A stretch of DNA of 11,696 bases from Pseudomonadota bacterium. Lineage in GTDB: Bacteria > Bdellovibrionota_B > Oligoflexia > Oligoflexales > CAIMVM01. Of this stretch, positions 7,939 to 11,696 are shown in pieces (the stretch's first letter is position 1; every line of letters begins with the position of its first letter). The translations under genes were made by a program, and so were the position numbers. A model generated the notes under the pieces. That model was not told where the DNA came from. It did not search any database and was given only the letters and a program-made list of their open reading frames with translations. The stretch covers positions 1 to 11,696 of the forward strand of contig JBAXBA010000104.1 in the NCBI GenBank assembly GCA_037142195.1, given 5' to 3'.

Positions 7939-8115
7939 GTCTTCCAACTACAACCTGAGAGGCACAGCCTAGAGAATCCTTCTTAGCTACTTCTATTTAA
8001 AATGGGTGTCTTGCTTTTGGCGAGACACCCTATTTTAGGCCTATAAGTTTAGTTTAATAGTTTTTTGCAAAAGATTTTAGAGCTAAGGCAAGCTCTGCCA
8101 TAAAGGGAAATGCTA
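7939..8115. repeat. Right copy of long imperfect direct repeat (decayed lysAC 3' end + terminator + true serine hydrolase 3' end)
   Basis: See left copy; the lysAC-derived part reads SNYNLRG then degenerates. Confidence 0.95.
7999..8036. terminator. Intrinsic terminator (right copy), downstream of the serine hydrolase gene
   Basis: AAAAT-GGGTGTCTTGC-ttttg-GCGAGACACCC-t-ATTTT. Confidence 0.75.
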
Positions 8116-9205
8116 CTTTTTGGGTGACATCTTCAGGAGGAAAAACGGTAATGGAGACCGCCATTCGTCTTCCGTCGTCGGACTGTATCAGACTTGTATC
8201 GGTCCATGTTTTAGACCAAAGGGCAACTCCCCCTTTGCTGATGAGGCGACCGTGCTCACCGACCAATTCATCCTTTTTGGACTGAAGAAACCGGTTCCAA
8301 TCATCGGGATAATCATATCCCAGACTCTTAGGAGTTTGAGACATAATATTGAGAACCCAATTCCGATCCCCTTCCCGAATATCAAATCCTTTGGTGGCAG
8401 TAGGATTCGCAAGAAGTTGGAGAATGTCTAAAAGATTTTCTTGGGAGGCACAATTTCCGACTTTTCCAGGGGCTTCTTCACATCGAGATGCCATCGAAAC
8501 CGAACGTGCTGGTCTTTGTATAAGCTTACCATCTGTTTTTACCTCATAGGCGGGAGATTCGACAAGAGTCCCCTTACCTAACATCAATCGTTCCACGGAA
8601 TAATCCTGAAAACCCAACTGATTCATTCTGGAATGAATGGCATCAAATCCTAAAAAAAGCAGCAATCGGTTGGTGGCTTCATTATCCGAAAGCACTTGCA
8701 TCATTTGCAAATCAGACTCAAAGGTGGTCCAGTCCGTGCCGACAGCTCGGTAACTGTCAGAAAGTTTTAAGTCATTTTTCTTCAAGTCTTCCAAAACAAG
8801 GGCTGCAATAGCCGTTTTGACCGTACTAGCCGGATTAAAGAAACCATCGTCAGAGGCATCTATTTTTGAATTCTTATTGGAATCCTGGTAGCGACTGCCA
8901 TAATCCACACGAATGCGATGGCCATCCTTCCATTCCCAAAATGAAAACTTGATGTTCCAGCTTTTCATGGTTTCCATTCGCCCTGTCTTAATGAGCAAAG
9001 TCTCTATATCCGAGCGCGGCACAAGAATGTCTTCTGCTTGAGCAGCGGGACTCATTACGCAGATTGAAGACAACAGTCCGAAGATAGGAGCTAGGACTAA
9101 CGCCATCCCTGTGCGTAAGAACTTCATTCTAAATACGTCCATGAATTCTGTAAACTTGTCTCGATTAACTAGGGAAGAGCTATTCAAACACCTTGTCTCT
9201 GTCAT
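8054..9205 (-). CDS. Secreted serine hydrolase, class A beta-lactamase-like fold
   Basis: Motifs PASTVK (SxxK), LSDN (SDN), SKGG (KTG-equivalent); signal-peptide-like MKFLRTGMALVLAPIFGLLSSICVMSPAAQA. Start put at ATG 9205 (AAGAGGT RBS); ATG 9142 or 9127 are alternatives. The track's 9391 start overlaps the upstream gene. Confidence 0.82.
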   Translation of the reverse strand: MTETRCLNSSSLVNRDKFTEFMDVFRMKFLRTGMALVLAPIFGLLSSICVMSPAAQAEDILVPRSDIETLLIKTGRMETMKSWNIKFSFWEWKDGHRIRVDYGSRYQDSNKNSKIDASDDGFFNPASTVKTAIAALVLEDLKKNDLKLSDSYRAVGTDWTTFESDLQMMQVLSDNEATNRLLLFLGFDAIHSRMNQLGFQDYSVERLMLGKGTLVESPAYEVKTDGKLIQRPARSVSMASRCEEAPGKVGNCASQENLLDILQLLANPTATKGFDIREGDRNWVLNIMSQTPKSLGYDYPDDWNRFLQSKKDELVGEHGRLISKGGVALWSKTWTDTSLIQSDDGRRMAVSITVFPPEDVTQKVAFPFMAELALALKSFAKNY

Positions 9206-9234
9206 AGGAGCTACCTCTTTATAGTTAAACCATT

Positions 9235-11169
9235 TTAACCGAGAGTTTCTCCTGCAACAAGTGGCTCCAACCAAGTCACGATTTTGGTCTCGTCGTCGAT
9301 CCCGGTGGTCGGTATAAGGAGGGAATGAGAAAAGCCTTTTAATTCCTTCAGCAGGGTCTGTGGGAGCTTGTCGATCCGAGCATGCCGCCAAATCATGGAA
9401 GTGCCCATTTTTAAATACTTTTCTATTTCTAAAGCAACATATCCCATGGTGATTCGGGGATTGAGTTCACAGACGGGTTTTAAATAGATTTCTGAACCGA
9501 CTTCGTAAAGAAACAAGTCTACGCCCGCAATTCCGTTGAAGTCATTGGCCTTTAATTCATCAACGATTACCTGCGCAATGTCTGAGAAAAGCCCCATAAG
9601 ATTTTGGGAGTAGATTTTTTGAATGACGTTTTGAGAGAGATTCGCAAACAATCCTCTAAGTACATGTCCGTCATATTGGCCTGTCTTCGAAGATAACAGC
9701 CTAGTCACTCCCTTGAATCCGCGAGGATCTTGACCGCGCATATCTAGTTGCAGGGAAAAGTCAGCTACCCTAGAAAACCATGGCTCCGCTACAATCGGTC
9801 CAAAGGAAAGCTGATGGGTGATCCAAGACAATATTTCAGGTTTGTAAATCTCATTCTCCCTAAGCTTCTTGAGTCCTCTTCCACTGGCGCCATATCGCGA
9901 CTTTAGGACGAAATCAGAAAAACCTAGGCTTTTAAGCCCCTCAAAGTGCCTAAATATCTCAGAGCACGAAGAGAACACACCCTTATGAGAGTTCTTCTCA
10001 AACCATGAGCTTGAGACAAGGGCTCTGACCTTATCATCCAATAAAGCACCGAAGTCTTTTCCATATAAAAACTCGGTCCCTCGCCTCACACCTAAACAGG
10101 AATCATCATGTTTTGGGGTCTTACCCCAAGGATGAAGCACCTGTATTTTTCTATCTTTGGGAACTTCTTTGACAAACTCAATAGGAGCAAGACCTTTTGA
10201 GTTCCAAAATGCAATAAACTCCGAAGGTGGCTGTTTTGAAGTCTTAATGATGTCTCCAGGGCGTGCCACAAACATAAGAAGAGATGACAAATCTGCTTCG
10301 AGCTGTTGTACGGGAACGGTCTTTTGATAGCCTGGATGTTTCATCACCTCTTCACAAGCAGGGTTAAATTCATAGACAATGGGCAGTCGTCCCTTGGAGC
10401 GGGCATAAATCGAAAGCTCCCTTATGAAATGATCACTGAGGCCAGCCTCTTGTCTCGCTACCGTACTAAATGCTTTGCCTTTTGCTCGCGAGGGACTCAG
10501 GGGCAGAGTAAGTTGATTTTCGTACTCAGACCAAAAAGAGTCTTTTCCTGGACGCAACGTTTCAAACCAAGACACACCAAACTTAACATGTCCAATCTCT
10601 TCTCTATAGACTTTTTCCATGAGGTTTGCAGTCTCTATATCCCCGACCTTAATAAACTCATCCCTAAAGAATAAAGCGTGATCTAAGTTAGCCTGTTCAA
10701 AAGTCAAACTCATACGAGCAAGATAGTCCAAAGGGGACTTCATGGTAGAGATGGTCGACCAAAAAAAACCATTGACCGAAAGATCTCCAAACTCAACGCT
10801 AAGGTCCTTCATACGGGCCAAATAAAGTCGCAGATGACTTTGCTCTTCTAAAATGGTCCTAGCGATGCCGTCCCTAAAACTAGCTGGTGCATCTTGAAAG
10901 CGCAGAAGAGCGAGGGCCATAAGCTCCATCGCCAAAAGCTCGTGATTGGCAAAATAATGCAGAGCTAACCCCCGGGCCGACTCCAGGTGAAAGGATCCAG
11001 GAAACGTTTGCTTCTTGTTGCCAAAACGAAGTTGAGATGTCCGAGCGGGAACCTCGGGTATTTCTAAAGGGCTCGAAGATGTCGTATGCGTTAAGATGTC
11101 AGGACTATGCAATTTGTCTGATAGCAAATCAGAAGACAAGATAGACTTTGCCCATTCATTAACGTCCAA
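9235..11169 (-). CDS. Ferritin-like (DUF455-type) diiron domain fused to C-terminal ATP-grasp domain
   Basis: HYFANHELLAME, EEQSH, LTFEQANLD, EEIGH (two ExxH diiron motifs); C-terminal VLKSRYGASGRG, VAEPW, GVDLF, ELNPR ATP-grasp motifs. Start refined to TTG 11169 with AGGGAGG 8 nt upstream (ORF track begins at 11271). Confidence 0.85.
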   Translation of the reverse strand: MDVNEWAKSILSSDLLSDKLHSPDILTHTTSSSPLEIPEVPARTSQLRFGNKKQTFPGSFHLESARGLALHYFANHELLAMELMALALLRFQDAPASFRDGIARTILEEQSHLRLYLARMKDLSVEFGDLSVNGFFWSTISTMKSPLDYLARMSLTFEQANLDHALFFRDEFIKVGDIETANLMEKVYREEIGHVKFGVSWFETLRPGKDSFWSEYENQLTLPLSPSRAKGKAFSTVARQEAGLSDHFIRELSIYARSKGRLPIVYEFNPACEEVMKHPGYQKTVPVQQLEADLSSLLMFVARPGDIIKTSKQPPSEFIAFWNSKGLAPIEFVKEVPKDRKIQVLHPWGKTPKHDDSCLGVRRGTEFLYGKDFGALLDDKVRALVSSSWFEKNSHKGVFSSCSEIFRHFEGLKSLGFSDFVLKSRYGASGRGLKKLRENEIYKPEILSWITHQLSFGPIVAEPWFSRVADFSLQLDMRGQDPRGFKGVTRLLSSKTGQYDGHVLRGLFANLSQNVIQKIYSQNLMGLFSDIAQVIVDELKANDFNGIAGVDLFLYEVGSEIYLKPVCELNPRITMGYVALEIEKYLKMGTSMIWRHARIDKLPQTLLKELKGFSHSLLIPTTGIDDETKIVTWLEPLVAGETLG

Positions 11170-11696
11170 ATTCCATCCCTCCCTATAACCAAAGGCCCAG
11201 AGCTCTAAAAGACACTTACCAACAGAAATACCCGCCGAACAGTTAGTACGTCTTTGGCTCACTAGAATCAACTAAATCCAGACCTATTCTCAGGAAAAAC
11301 CAACTCCGAAAACCTTTGCCATCCCGAATGTTCAGGTCCACAGTAACTTTGCGGCTCTTGAGATCAAATAAATCCCCAACCCTTTATCCTACTATAACTA
11401 CAGCATTTTTTAATTCTATCTTTCTCTAATTTAGGACTCACTCGTATCGTATCAATCGCCGTTTGACAGCCTATCAAGCTAGCCAGGATCCGACAGAAAA
11501 AAACAGCTACGCCAAAGAGCTGACTAGCGGACGGCCGACTTAACAGAATGACTTGATATAAGCAGACGAAAACAAAGTCTGTCCAAGTCAACTTGAACTC
11601 AACCTTTGAAATACGTTTTCTGGCACATAAATACATAGCTAGAGCCTAGCCGAAAAGGTTTAAGCTAAAAAAGTGCTGCAATTTTCAAATGATAAA

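Noticed and set aside
8054..9205. Calling the hydrolase a bona fide beta-lactamase resistance gene
   Set aside because: Fold motifs only; KTG is KGG and no clear omega-loop Glu166 equivalent could be placed.
3658..10674. Antisense or out-of-frame ORFs inside the long genes (e.g. 3658-4104, 4466-4732, 6705-7316, 7328-7642, 8120-8431, 10306-10674)
   Set aside because: Shadow ORFs of well-supported CDSs.
11364..11636. 90 aa minus-strand ORF
   Set aside because: No RBS or domain evident; cannot be distinguished from a chance ORF.

Overview
Bacterial chromosomal window. Left to right: a 5'-truncated ATPase/PD-(D/E)XK-type gene (56-931); a ~1.3 kb non-coding, hairpin-rich region with two degenerate tRNA-3'-end-like repeats; a DUF4234-like/DUF2752-like membrane protein pair; a decayed GNAT acetyltransferase; and a bifunctional aspartate kinase/diaminopimelate decarboxylase gene (3686-6259). 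Converging from the other side is a minus-strand pair encoding a ferritin-like (DUF455-type) diiron domain fused to an ATP-grasp ligase and a secreted beta-lactamase-fold serine hydrolase. The most striking structure is a lone AAA_14/DUF4143-type ATPase-nuclease gene (6480-7820) inserted at the convergent terminator and flanked by ~175-190 bp imperfect direct repeats (98 bp core, 97/98 identical). The repeats duplicate both neighbouring gene ends and the terminator, and there is no integrase or transposase in the window. Family names come from motif recognition by eye, not from database searches.
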